A stretch of 64,000 nt of DNA. It comes from Paraspadella gotoi (lineage: Eukaryota; Animalia; Chaetognatha). Shown here piece by piece: positions 40,809-53,507 of this stretch. Positions within the stretch are counted from its first letter, which is position 1. Every line of letters starts with the position of its first letter. The notes under the pieces were generated by a model, which made no database searches, had not been told where the DNA came from, and saw only the letters and a program-made list of their open reading frames with translations. Where the stretch lies: positions 5,971,074 to 6,035,073 of the forward strand of contig JBJCIZ010000239.1 of assembly GCA_051294375.1 (NCBI GenBank). The letters run 5' to 3'. Position numbers and translations under genes: made by a program.

Positions 40809-42540
40809 CGAAAAGAGATAAAGAATCGAATGTGAAAGATCAACTGACAGGAAGAGAGAGAGAAACAGAGAGACAGAGAGAGAGAGAGAGAGACAGACAG
40901 AGAGACTCTATTTTTACACTCGTTTCCTCTCCTTCTTCCTTCTCCCCTCTTCCCTCTCTTCCTCCCTCTACCCCATTTCTTCCCTCTCCCTCTTTTTCCT
41001 TCCTTCCTCCTCCTCCTCTACGTTAAATCCCCCCCCCCCCCCCGACCAATTTAACTCCTGCAAAAACGGGCGGCTGGCGAAATAACGGAAAAACGGTTGA
41101 GTTCGAGTGTCCGTAGGATGGCGTCGATGGTGGAACGATTAAAAATGGCGTCGACCGTGGCGGGAAAATTCGACGCCGCGCCGATTCGGCGTCATCCAAT
41201 TGCTGCGTTCAAACTTTTAAAGTTAATGTGGTTGTTTTAATTCATATCAAATTATTATACAGATGCTTAGAAACTAACAGCGAAATTGGACAACAGAAAT
41301 GTAATAAATAAGCAATTTAGGTAGTCAAGGCATTTTTTAATGACTATTTACAATAAGACCTCAAGACATCAACTTAAACTTAACTTGAAAGATAATTTTA
41401 AACTTAATTAAACATAAACGTTAAATTCAAAGGCTTTACTAGGGAAGTCAGATGAGTATTACTTGAAATTAAAATTGAAGATAAATCTAAACTTTAACTA
41501 AAGAACCAAACTAAAGTTTTAATTTCAATTTAACTGTTAAACTTTAAGGTTTTGTTATGTACGTCAGTGCAGTAAACCGACGCCATTTGAAAAGACAGTT
41601 CTTTTTCCGGCGTCGTCGTCGGGCGGCGTCGTCGGCGCCGGGAAAGACCAAAAGTTCTCGGCGTCGCCGGCGTCCTTCCCGACCTCGGGCGGGCGCCGCT
41701 TCGACCGCCAGCTTCGGTCGCCGGCGAATAAAAGGGAAAAGACGCCAAAAGAAAAAATAAAAAAAAAATGTTTCCGTCTTTGGCAATTCTCCGCAGCAGT
41801 CGCCGCCGCCGCCGCCGCCAGCCGCCGCCAGCCGCCGCCGCTGCTTTGACTGCAAAACTCGAAATAACTCGCAACATAATTTTTGTTAACCGCTCCCTTG
41901 GTTTCAACGGATTTTTACTGTCCGGTGGGAATACTTTTTATTTTCACTGTATGGTTTTGCAACAACAAAAATTGGTTAAGTTTTTAACAAGATTTATCCA
42001 CATATTTGCACTTTAACCTTATATAAAATATTTGTTGCGATCCTTTTCTCATTGTCTATCTTTCTGGATAAAAATTGTCTCTTAACGTTCGACTTGTAAT
42101 TGGATATTTCAGATCATGCTTGAAAACGTTCGTCTCTCTCTCTCTCTCTCTCTCTCGTCTCCCTCCCGCTCTCGTCGTCTCTGCTTCGTCCTCTCTCTCT
42201 CATCTCCTGTCTCTCTCTCTATCTCTCAAAACCCAAACTAACCAAAAGTCACACAGCCGCCTATAATCGTAAAAACGTTCATTTCAAATTTAACTCAGTC
42301 GCCGAAAATATTTTTCTTTACTTTTTCTGAAAAAAAAATTTAAAATAAGAAAAACAAAAACAAATTTAAAATTATAACAAAAAGAAATAATAAAACAAAT
42401 TTTGTGATCGCAAACTTCTGGATTTAAACCCAAGTTTTTAAACCCATCGTCTTTTTTTTAAAAGGGAATAAAAAAAGGCATCGACTAAAAGAGACTTTTT
42501 TAATTAAACTTAAATTACGCTTTAAAAGTCTTCAAACAAC

Positions 42541-42586
<46 letters not shown>

Positions 42587-42652
42587 GGGGTTCCTCTCTG
42601 GTTTGTTTCCATTTCCGTTTTTATTTCTTCTCGTTTTTATTTGTCTATGACT

Positions 42653-42702
<50 letters not shown>

Positions 42703-43189
42703 CTTAACAACCAGGAAAAGACACGTCGCTTCGGCGTCTCTGGTTTCCATTGGCAACGGGAAGCGTTTTCCGACCTCAATAACCGAAATCGTTCGTTCGT
42801 CGTCGTCGTTTCTCGTTTTTGTCATTTTAGTGACAATCGTCGTCGTCGTCGTCGTCATTGTATTAAGAAACAGACCGCTGGATTTCGTTCGTTTATCGGA
42901 GCATGAATTACGAACGCTACAACTTTTTGGCCATTGCTGTGGAATCATATGGTCATTGGTCTATGGTCATTAGGGTGAAGTGAAAGTTTGGAATCAAAAT
43001 TTAGCAGTTTTATCTTGAATACTAATCTGTAATTTTGTTGTTTTTTTTTACAAATATAGTAGCCCAGTCGGCTTATTTTGTAGAAGCTGACTGAATGTCA
43101 AAATTTTAAAATGATTTTTTTTTTAAATTCTGAGAATTTAGCCTATTATAAACTTAAACAATTTGAAAATTTAGCCTATTATAAACTTA

Positions 43190-43325
43190 TATGCTGATGA
43201 AGGCTTGAAGTAAACAAGCCGAAACATGTCCAACTATTAATTAAAACTCGGTGTTAAAAATTCAAAATTCTTTGCTTTCTCTAATACCAATAAACAACGA
43301 AAAAGAAAGGATTATCGCATCAAAC
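43190..43325 (+). ncRNA. minimal hammerhead ribozyme plus PLE pLTR-like tail
   Basis: CUGAUGA-A-GGCUUG(aaguaaa)CAAGCC-GAAAC-AU-GUC at 43194-43230. Downstream caacgaaaaagaaaggattat matches the 36095-36135 end of the other element (opposite strand). Confidence 0.75.
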
Positions 43326-44580
43326 TTAATACTATATTGGTGCCCACCAATGTATGAAATTAAAAAATAAATTTACCAAAGTATTTTTATTGGTTTTTAT
43401 ACTCATGTTTTATATGCTAAAGTTTAATTTTCTAAAATTTTATCATTTTCATGGTCATTGGCTATTTGTCATTGGTCATCTCTTGGTCGTCATCGTCATC
43501 GAGACGTTTTTGTCATTGTTCACTTTGTCATCGTTTTTTATCATTGTCGTTCATCGTCGTCTTTGTCGTCGTTTGTATCGTTGTTTTCGTCGTCTTTTCT
43601 GTCGCTGTTGTCGTCTTGGCAATCGCTATTGTTTTTCTCAGCGTCGTCGTCGTCTTCGTCGTCGTCGTCGTCGTCGTCTTCAAATCTTTATCTCCCTTTA
43701 TCTTTCTCTCTGTCTCTCTCCTTCAATATCTTTATCTTTATCCCGTCTTTCTTTTCTTTTGACGTCTTAACTCTACTCTACCGAAAAATAAAGGACGTTT
43801 GTAAATTTTGGTGAGTTTTTATTTTTTTACGGCAACTAGAGATTTTGCCTCCTGAAAAGAATAAGAAAAGGTAAAAGAGAAAGGATGAGCGATGGGAGAA
43901 GTTTTTATCTTACTGTACCTGAGTTGGTAATGTCCTAAAGAAAAAAAAACAACAACAACAACGCAGATCTCTTAAGGACATAAATTTTTCATTTTTCAAA
44001 TCTCTTACTTCTTATACTCCCAGTTACTCCCAGGCTACTTGACTTTCCAATGTATAAAGTTTAAGTATAAGTATTAGATCGGGGAATACTATATTGTACT
44101 GCGAACTAGCATCAAAATGCAAGGAGCCGACTGTTAAGAAATTGATACGACTAATATTAATAAAAAAATAATATTTATTCATTCAAGTTATCTTGCCCAT
44201 GACTTTGGAAGTCTATGTGATGGATAATTGGATATATATATTTATCTAATTGTTTATTATTTTATTTAAAAAAAACAGGAGTTCCAATCCGCAGAAGACA
44301 GCGACCTTGATTTAGATTCAGTTTCAGATTCAAATTTTTGTATTCAGATTTAAAATCAGATTCAGTCGTCAAATTCATCGCTCACTGAATCAGAAAAAAA
44401 AAAAACCCAAACACTGTGCCAGTGGTCCCGCGCGATGCTCTGTTCGACCCCTCCGTCTTTAATTCCTTGTTTTCTAGATCCTCGACGTGTTTTGCCCTAT
44501 TTTTGGTTGGGTTTTTTTCTTCTTTTTTTTCATGTGTTGAGCCGCAGTGACTTTCTGTATTTCTGTATTTCTGTATTTCT

Positions 44581-46236
44581 TAGAGCTCCCAGAAATACCA
44601 TGCATTTTTGAAAGTTCCATCTGATACTTGCAAATGTTTCTGTGCCAAATTTAATGAGACACACGAATATCACAATAAAAAATTTCCCTGAATGCTCTTG
44701 ATGGATTTCCACGCCAGTTTTTTGCGTCGTACCACTTCCGTTTTAAAAAAAATAAGATTTTTGGAAAAAATGAGCTGTTATTCAGCCAGCATACTTAAAT
44801 TAATCAAAATAAAGTTATTAATAACCTTATTACTATATTTTTGTTGTGGTTTTTAAATAAGGTTAAAAAATTAATATTAAGAAAACTTCAAATTAAAATT
44901 ATTAGTTTTTAAGCAATGTCCCTGACCAAATACTCTACAAATTCTAATAAGATTGTATAAGAAAGTATGATTTGGTTATATAAATAGAAACTCTCTAAGG
45001 GATTTAAATATTTAATCCTAAGCCAAGATTTGCCTTTAAAGGTTTGCCAATGAGACAAAAGAAAGCAGCGAATTAGATAAAAGGCGCCTAGGCCTTTGTG
45101 CTAGCAAGCCTCCACTCACCTTAACCTAAACCTCTCTCCCAACCAAAACCTTAGTCTAGGCCTTATATCATTTGCAAGCCCAAATCTAGTACAAGCCTTT
45201 TAAGTCGCTTATAACAGATTAAGTATTGTGATATTGCAATTTGGACAGGCTAAGAAAAGGACAGGAAGCTTGGGTTAGGGTTAGGGAAAGTACTGGGGAA
45301 GGAAATTAGAATTAAAACTTAGCCTTATTGAGGCCGGAAGCAGGGATGCCTGAGTTGAGGCTCAGAGGTGAACCTCAGGCTGATGTGAGGGTTGGTGGAG
45401 AGGCTCTGGAGTGATGCAGGGCTAGGGTTCTGGCATGATATAAAACAGGAGCCTAGGGTAGGGTAGGGCTAAGGAAGTGGCTCCTGCAGATTTCACACAG
45501 CCAGGGAAACTGGTGAGGGTTTAGGGTTAAGGTTGAGCAGGAAGTACACGAGCTTGGGTAAGGTTAGGGGAAAGGCTGCTCGGGTAAGACAAAAAGCTCA
45601 CGTTAGGGTTAGGGCTAGGTTAGATATCCCAAGCCAGGGAACTGATTAAGATTAAGGTTTTGTTTAGGGCCCGGTTTAGGTAAGGTTGTTGAGTGAGAGG
45701 CTTGCTAGCTGCAAAGGCTAAATTGCCTTCCATCTAATTCGCTACTTTTTGCATCACTGTGGTAATCTTTTTAAAAGCCAATATCTTAGTTTAAAAGATT
45801 AAAGATTTAAAATCCCTTAGACAGTTTTATTTTTTTAACCAGAATAGTAAAATTTTTATAAAATTAGTAAAGTAGTTTGGTCAGGGCCAATTTGGCTTAA
45901 AAGAATTATGAAGTTTTAACTTGACGCCTTTTGTAATAATATTTTTATAACCTTATTTATTAAACTAATATAAAAATGTAATATTAAGGTTATTGGAAAC
46001 TTTATTTTGATTAATTATAAGTATGCTGGCTGAATAACAGCTTATTTATTTCCAAAAATCCTGAATTTTTAAAACCGGAAGTGCTTCAACGCAAAAACTG
46101 GCGTGGAAAATCCATAATGAGCAAGCCAGGAAAATTTTTTATTGTGATATTCGTTTTCTCGCACTAAATCTGTGGCACAAGAAACTTCGCAGGTATCAGG
46201 AACTTTCAAAAATGTATGATATTTCTGGGACCTCTA
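44581..46236. mobile_element. foldback (long-TIR) non-autonomous element, hAT-like
   Basis: Ends TAGAGCTCCCAGAAATA...TATTTCTGGGACCTCTA, with 8-bp flanking direct repeat GTATTTCT. Imperfect inverted arms of about 550 bp (44581-45130 vs 45675-46236) surround a degenerate TTAGGG-rich centre. Confidence 0.85.
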
Positions 46237-46339
46237 GTATTTCTGTATTTTTGTATTTATGACACGCACTGCATCGGAATTCTGTCTTTTATTCTTTATA
46301 GTTTTAGGATTTCCTGGAGGCGGCGCAAGAAGTCACTTT

Positions 46340-46500
46340 ATGAGTATTTTGTAATGTAAGTGGGTCAGTGATCACTGACCAACGACCATTTATTCTTTCC
46401 TTTTTTTTTATTGTCTATGAGTTAATTTTCGATCGGTCTGTCAGTCAATCAGTATACGTCTCTCCGTCGGTCTGACCCACTTACATTACAAAATACTCAT
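46340..46500. mobile_element. short MITE with about 28-bp perfect TIRs and TA flanks
   Basis: ta|TGAGTATTTTGTAATGTAAGTGGGTCAG...CTGACCCACTTACATTACAAAATACTCA|ta. Related single ends (taacgtaagtgggacag...ccgaccaaaaagtg) at about 1030, 2955 and 11795. Confidence 0.7.
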
Positions 46501-46672
46501 AACTCGCCTAAAATATAAGTGATCACTGGTCAGCCCCTCATTGCCGCTCACCGCCCTACTTCACAATCACAGCCCTTTCAGTTCTAACGTGAGCCCTGCC
46601 TTCCGCTCGATGCGTCAGGACCTAATGGAAAAATAAATAATCGGGAAGGATGATCTGGAAATCGAATTAATG

Positions 46673-46716
<44 letters not shown>

Positions 46717-46799
46717 GGAAGAGAGAGAGAAAGAGAGGAGAGAGAGAGTGAGAGAAAGAGAGAGAGAGAGAAAGAAAAAGAAAGAGAGAGAAGGGAAAA

Positions 46800-46873
<74 letters not shown>

Positions 46874-46887
46874 AAGAAAAAAAGAAA

Positions 46888-46948
<61 letters not shown>

Positions 46949-47586
46949 AGAGAGAGAGACAGAGAGATATTATTGATTGGTCAGTTGAGGGGAAAGACAG
47001 ATTTTCTCCTTTTCACGAATGACATCCGAAAAGGGGAAATTGAAGGCAGACCTAATGAGATTAATGATAAAAAATATTATTAAAATTTTATTATAAAATA
47101 ATAATAAATAATAAAATTGAAAACAAAGTAATAAATATCAATATAATTATTGATTAAAATGATAAAAACAATTGAGTTTAAAAGCATTGAGACTGCTTCC
47201 CGAAAAAGTGAATTTAACAATATTTTCGGTGACATAGCAAGCAATGTTTAAGGCTTTGGCGATGTGTTGATATAATATTATGAAAATGGTCAAAGCGATG
47301 GTAAAAGCGATTGAAAAGGCTTTGACTAAAGCGATGACTGATGGGCCCGACGAGAGAGAGCGAGAATCCTCGAGTATTGGAGACTGAAGAAGAGCGATGA
47401 CCAGGAACGGGGAGCATTTCTCGGAAATGGTCGAGAGGAAGAGGAAGAGGATGCGATGAAGGAGGGAGAGGAGGAGGCGAAATTAAGAAGAAAGAAGATA
47501 GTAAAAAGAGAAAAGGGCGAGGGGGAAATTATGATTGCATAAGCGGAGGCGGTCTGGAATGGGACTAGCAGAGGGGCAGAGGAGGG

Positions 47587-47617
<31 letters not shown>

Positions 47618-47792
47618 AGAGAGAGAGAGAGAAGGAGAGAGAGAGAGAGAAGAATGTTTGCTGAATCAACAGTGAGAGGAGATAGAAAACGAGAGAGAGA
47701 GAGAGACAGGCGGCCCCAAGAATTGGCAATCAAGAGGGAAAAAAATCAAGCGAATATCGAGATTCCGTTATTTTCCTCGAATTCGCGGGGAG

Positions 47793-47869
<77 letters not shown>

Positions 47870-48089
47870 GAGAGAGAGAGGGAGAAAGAAAGAGAGAGAG
47901 ACGAACAGAAAAAAAACAACAAAGAAAACAGATTTATAAGCTGAGTGAGTTTGCTGGAGTCGCGTTAAAAGTTTGCTGGAGTGGAGTTGAATGTTTAATA
48001 GAGTGGGGACAAGTGTTTGCTGGAGTGAGATCTCTTTTGACCGAGTGGGGTTTTGAGTTCGCCCTAGCGGGGTAGTTTAGTAGAGTTAA

Positions 48090-48283
48090 TCGCGCGGGAG
48101 CAAATCGCATATCGCTCTCGAGCATATTTATATATCGCGCTGGAGCAAATCGCTTATCGCTCTCGAGCATATCGCATATCGCGCTGGAGAAAATCTCATA
48201 TCGCGCTGGAGCATATCGCATATCGCTCTCGAGCATATCGCATATCGCTCTCGAGCATATCGCATATCGCTCTCGAGCATATG
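48090..48283. repeat. 22-bp CpG-rich minisatellite
   Basis: (gagcatatcgcatatcgctctc)n with variants, about 8 copies. Confidence 0.85.
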
Positions 48284-48339
48284 CTATTGACAGCGGGGAT
48301 CCAAAATCTGAAGTATAGTGTGGTGTTTGGGGAGTGGTA

Positions 48340-48710
48340 AAAGAGAAAGGTGGTCGAATAAAACGTGGGGGTAGAGAAAGGTGGTCGTAAGGGGTGGTAG
48401 AGAGAGGAGTGGCATAGTTTGATGGTAGTAAGAAATGGTAGAGAGAGGTGTGGCATAGTGTGGTGGTCGTTAGAGGTGGTAGAGAGAGGTGGCATAGTGT
48501 GTTGGTCCTAATTAGTAATAAAGAGAGGTGTGGCATAGAGTGGTGGTCGCAAGAGGTGGTACAGAGAGCTATGGCATAGTGTGATTGTCGTAAAAGGTGG
48601 TAGAGAGAGGTGTGGCATAATTTTATGGTGGCAAGAGATTATAGAGAGAGGTGTGGCATTGTATGGTGATGGCAAGAGGGGGTAGAGAGAGGTGGCATTG
48701 TGTGGTAGCA
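48340..48710. repeat. ~40-bp G-rich minisatellite
   Basis: About 9 copies of ggtggtagagagaggtgtggcatagtgtggtggtcg. Confidence 0.8.
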
Positions 48711-49841
48711 AAGTCGGGTGGTAAAACGTGGTGATCCTCAGCGGCTTTTGTGGTGGAGGAAAGAAATCCGCGGATTCCGGAGGAAATGAGGAAATATCGA
48801 GTGAATATTCAAGGAGAGAAAAAAAAGGAGGAAAGGAAAAAAATTGGAGGAAAAGAAAAGAAAGAAAAAATGAGAGAGAGAGAGAGGGGGGGGAGTATCA
48901 TAAAAAAGAAAAACTAAGAAATGATGAATCAAAAAAAAATTGAGAGAGAGAGAAGAGAGAATATCAGAAAAAGAAAAAAATAAGAATTGATAAAACATAA
49001 AAAAATATGGAAGAAGAAAAAAAAGAGAAAAAGTATAAAGATTTTGAAAATTAAGAAAAAAACTAGAAAAAAGAAAAGGAATAAAAAGAAAACCAAAACT
49101 GATGAGAAAAGAAAACAAAGAAAAAATGAAAAAAAAATAAAAGAAAAAAAAAAGAAAACGCAGAAAAAATACAAAGCAAAACAAAAAAAAAAAAATACAA
49201 AAAAGTCCAAGAAAAAAAAAGGAAAAGAAATAAAATGAAAATGAAAAAAAAACTGAAGGATTAATAAGATTAATAAAATTAATAAAATTAATAAAATCAA
49301 GAAAGAAGGAAAAAAATCCCTAAATTTAGCCTCGGATTTTCTAGTAAAAAAAAAAACAACTAAAATCGCTTTTTATCAATATTAGTCTCCGAATTTAATT
49401 ATTTATCTAATACCTTCACAAAAAAAAAAAAAAATAATAAAAGAGAAATGCGCGCTTTTTAAACTACCTTTATTTCAAACCTTCGACGAATCGAGTAAAA
49501 AAAAAAAGTTTTACACATTTTTTGTTTGAGCGCTAAATAAAAACTTCATGTCTGTATTATTTTAATAGTAAGATAAGTAGTATAAAAATATAACAATATA
49601 ATTAATGATGTGATGAATTAGGTTAAGATTATTAATATAAAAATGGGGGTAAAAAAAAAGAGTTAAACTCTTATACGGATTTATATTCGCTACTAAATAT
49701 TAAGCGCGAGAAAAACGAGACGATCCTATTATTATTAGTATTATTATAATTATTATTCTTTGTTACTCTGCCGAGCTCCCGACAAATTCCCCCCCCTCCC
49801 CATTCCATTGCCAATCCTCTTGTTGCAATCCCCTCTTCCAT

Positions 49842-49957
49842 CTACTTCTTGGCGACGGCCTCGTGCAACGCACAAGCCTGGCACCGTCGACAAATCGGGC
49901 TCACCAACGTCGTCTTGAGCCAACGGCGGTAGGCAAACGCTGATCGGGGTGGGTAGG

Positions 49958-50027
<70 letters not shown>

Positions 50028-50246
50028 AATTTGTTATTTTTAGAGGCAACATTAAAAAAAAAAAACAACTTAATAAGCGTAATAAAACTTAAAATTAGCC
50101 AATGGGGGAAAAAACATTCGACTCGTTCATAATTAACCGATCGGCTTAATCCAAAAATGGCCTCAATGTCTCCTGTTGATCGCACCAGATGAGAATCGGT
50201 GCGACAAAGAAGACTGACCCCATAATATTGATCAACTGGAGTATAA

Positions 50247-50277
<31 letters not shown>

Positions 50278-52746
50278 CAAAAAAAAAAAAACAAACTCCA
50301 GTATCCTTTAATGATTTCTTTCGTGGAAAGCCCATATAAATCATACCCACCGGAGTCGATCCAGTCTGGAAAATAATCTTTAAGAGAAATGTCGGCTTTT
50401 CCGAGAGTGACCAATTTCTGTTCGCTCCTCCCAAAATTTAAATTTAATCTTAATATTCAAACTGAATATATTCTTAAACTTATAAACTAATAGCTAACCT
50501 TAATTACTAATACAGAACCTCGACCCTCAACCCTTATCCCAAATTATTAACCCTAAACGCCAGTCCCTAACCGAAATCCCTAACCTTAATCACAAACCAA
50601 GTCCCTAACCTTAATCACAAACATAATCCTTAACCTAATGCGTAACCGTAATCTTTGACCTAATCTTTAACTTAAAAAATTCATCTAATTCCTAATTATA
50701 AATAAAATAGGGGGCGTTGAGGGAAAATAAGGCTGAAATCTCTCCCTCTATGACTGACCTTCACAAACGAACTTAACATTAAATAACCCCTACCCCCCCC
50801 AACCCATGAAATGACACCCCCCCAACCCCAAAATCAGACGAACCCCTAAAGCCCTCTCACTCGTGATAAGGATGTCCGCAAGGCAGCGCCGAGGTGACCC
50901 TCTGTCCCACACGGAAATAATCCAGGCAGATCGGGCATCTCGGTTCGCGGAGTGTGGCTTTGGAGGCTGGAGTCAACGAGGTCGTCGGAAGGCGGGAGAT
51001 GGTTCTGGAAGGGAGCCGGGAGATGGGGGAGGGTAGATAAGGGTGACGAGTTGTTGGAGGATGGACGGAGTAAAATTTGGGAATTAGTGAATGAGTTTTT
51101 TTTTTTTTTTTTTTTTTTTCACCGGCCTCTTTCCGAGCTTTTATATTTTTAAATTTTCTATCTAATTTTTTGAAAATGATTTTCCATCAAGTTGATCCTA
51201 TTTCTCACCATAATTTGTTTGTCTTTCATTTTTCATATCGCAGTTTCATCGTCCATTTCCAATCTTTCATTTCTCATATTTCATTTTCTATCTTTCATTT
51301 CCCATCTTTCATTTCCAATCTTCCATTTTCGATCCCAAAATTGTTATCTTTTATTCTAACTTTCCATTTCTCAACTGATTTTCTGATTTTCCTATCTTTA
51401 ATTTCCCATCTTCCATTTTTCTTTATTTCATTTCTCATCTTTCATTTCCAATCTATCATTTCCCATCTTCCATTTTCCCATCTTTCATTTCCCATCTTCC
51501 ATCTTCCCATCTTCCCATCTTCTATCAGATCCAACTACTGGTCCATTTCCTGCGATGCTATCTTCAATTTCCAAATTTTTTTCATCCATTTTCCGTTTAT
51601 CGTTTTCCATCTTTTATTTTCCAGTTTTGATTTTTTTTGTCTCCATTTCCCCCGCATTTTCTACTTCTTAATTTCCATCCATACCTCCTCGGGCGCCCAC
51701 CTGTCGCCGACTCCGTAGGTGGCGTGGCGCCAATGACGCCAGGCGTCGCGGCGTCGTTGGGCGACGATCTCGCGACGCCGCTGTTGACGCAGCCGAGCGC
51801 CTGAAAAAAAAAACGCCGAAGAAAAGAATAGGATTTAAAGATTAGTCAATTTTGTCAATTTTTTTTCTTGTCTTTTTTTTTTGTTCTATTTTTTTTTTTG
51901 GCCTTATATTTTTTTCATTTTCGCTCATTAATTTTTTTTTCCTGTAATTTTTTTATTTTTTAAAAAGAATTATTTATTCTATCCCTCATATCTACCTCAG
52001 GTCAAAACTGGTTCTATCTTCTATTTCCGATCTTCTATCCTTTTCTATCCGTCTCTTTCTATCCTTAGTTTCTACCTCTGGTCAAAACTGGTTCTATCTT
52101 CAATTTCCGATCTTCTATCCTTTTCTATCCGTCTCTTTCTATCCCTAGTTTCTACCTCTGGTCAAAACTGGATCTATCTTTTCTCCGCGAAACATGTATC
52201 TTTCTATCCCATTCTTCACTCTCTTGCTTTTTCTCTTGTTCACCTCTCGTCTCACTGGAGAAAGAAAAAAAGGTTTATTATCTTCTTGGCCATCTTTTCC
52301 CAAAGCGGCCAATTTCAGTTTTAATTTAGAAATTAATTTATTTTTAAATTTAAAAAATAATATTGTAAAACATATTTTTGTATATATATTAAAATATCTT
52401 TTGTCAAAGGTTAATGGTTAATAGTTAAGGATTATGTGATTTGGACTCAGTAATAAGAGTTTGGGATTAGAATAAAAAAGTGTTAAGTTTCGGATTCAGT
52501 TAAGTATAAGAATTTAGTTTAGAGATTAAAAACAAAAGGTAAGGAAATAAAAAAAAATTATCAGAGAATAAAATTTCGGTAAAATATTATGGTCGAATAT
52601 TAATGTTAAAATTAAGTTCAGCAATAAAGGAACGGAAATGGGGCGCTTTCAGAAAAAAAGTTACTCTACACCAACTCCTCCTCTTCCTCCTTCTCCTCCT
52701 CCTCCTCCTCCTTTTCCATCTCCTCTTCCTCACCTCTGATCAGCAT
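49842..52746 (-). CDS. small Arg-rich RING-H2-variant zinc finger protein (paralog B)
   Basis: Exons 52746-52734, 51800-51701 (100 nt), 51004-50861 (144 nt) and 49939-49842: MLIRG|ARLRQQRRREIVAQRRRDAWRHWRHATYGVGDR|TISRLPTTSLTPASKATLREPRCPICLDYFRVGQRVTSALPCGHPYHD|VCLRRWLKTTLVSPICRRCQACALHEAVAKK*. One extra C near 49929 must be removed. Confidence 0.8.
50392..50736. mobile_element. TTAGGG-core MITE-like copy in RING B intron 3
   Basis: ccctaa-type core ending ggggcgttgagggaaaataaggctga. Confidence 0.55.
51991..52180. repeat. 80-bp tandem repeat, about 2.4 copies
   Basis: tctacctc(a/t)ggtcaaaactgg at 51991, 52071 and 52151. Confidence 0.85.
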
Positions 52747-52934
52747 CGTCCAGCTACGAAATTTCAAACTTTTATTTTTATTTACAAAAATCTTAAAACG
52801 AGTTTTTTTAGTTGGAGCGTTAATCTAGACGAGGAACCTAAAGAATCGTTTTAGAATTAGTTAATAATAAGTTAATCCGAGACTAAAAGAGATAATCTTG
52901 TTCGGTATGGCAAGTGTGGAATTTTATGCGGTAC

Positions 52935-53068
52935 CCGCGTGGTATTTCGGGTTGCGAACCTCCGGTCCTTTAGTGACCGCCTCTTATCTCTGACAGGACA
53001 ACCCAGGACAATCGGGGATGGAACGCACAATTGATATGAGACGAATTTAGTCAGCTCGGCTATTGAGA
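52935..53068 (-). repeat. possible degenerate tRNA-derived SINE head
   Basis: Minus strand has an A-box-like TAGCCGAGCTG and a B-box-like GTTCCATCC at tRNA-like spacing. Stems are poorly conserved. Confidence 0.3.
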
Positions 53069-53507
53069 ACTGACAGCGGCCATATTTTTTCAGTCAGTCA
53101 GTTAAACTCACTCTCTCAATTGGATTATCGAATTACTTCGTAGCCTACTCTTAGAAAAAAAAATATCTTAAATATAAAACGATAAACTTGGTTTTCTCGA
53201 GTATTGTATTTATTCTTCCCATTACATATCCGAAAAACAAAAAAAAATGGACGGAATAAAGTTTTCTTTTCGATAAATAATTAAATAAGTGTAGACCGGG
53301 TTTCGTGTAAATGAAACAAAAAGTAAATAAATATTCGTATTAATGAATTAAATATCAATTTATAAAAAAAAAAAAAAAAGAGGATATTCTCAGCTCCGTG
53401 ATCCCTCGGATTTTCCGTGTGGCGCCGGAATCTCGAATAGATCGGCGCCGCTTCCCCTCCTTTTCGGCGTCGTTTTCCACTCACGCCTCACGAAGAGCGG
53501 CGCCCCT

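Noticed and set aside
42743-42757. RFX X-box-like GTTTCCATTGGCAAC
   Set aside because: Single motif with no identified downstream gene start; could occur by chance.
47934-48536. 200-aa ORF with repeated AICDMLESDMRYA
   Set aside because: Translation of the 22-bp and ~40-bp minisatellites.
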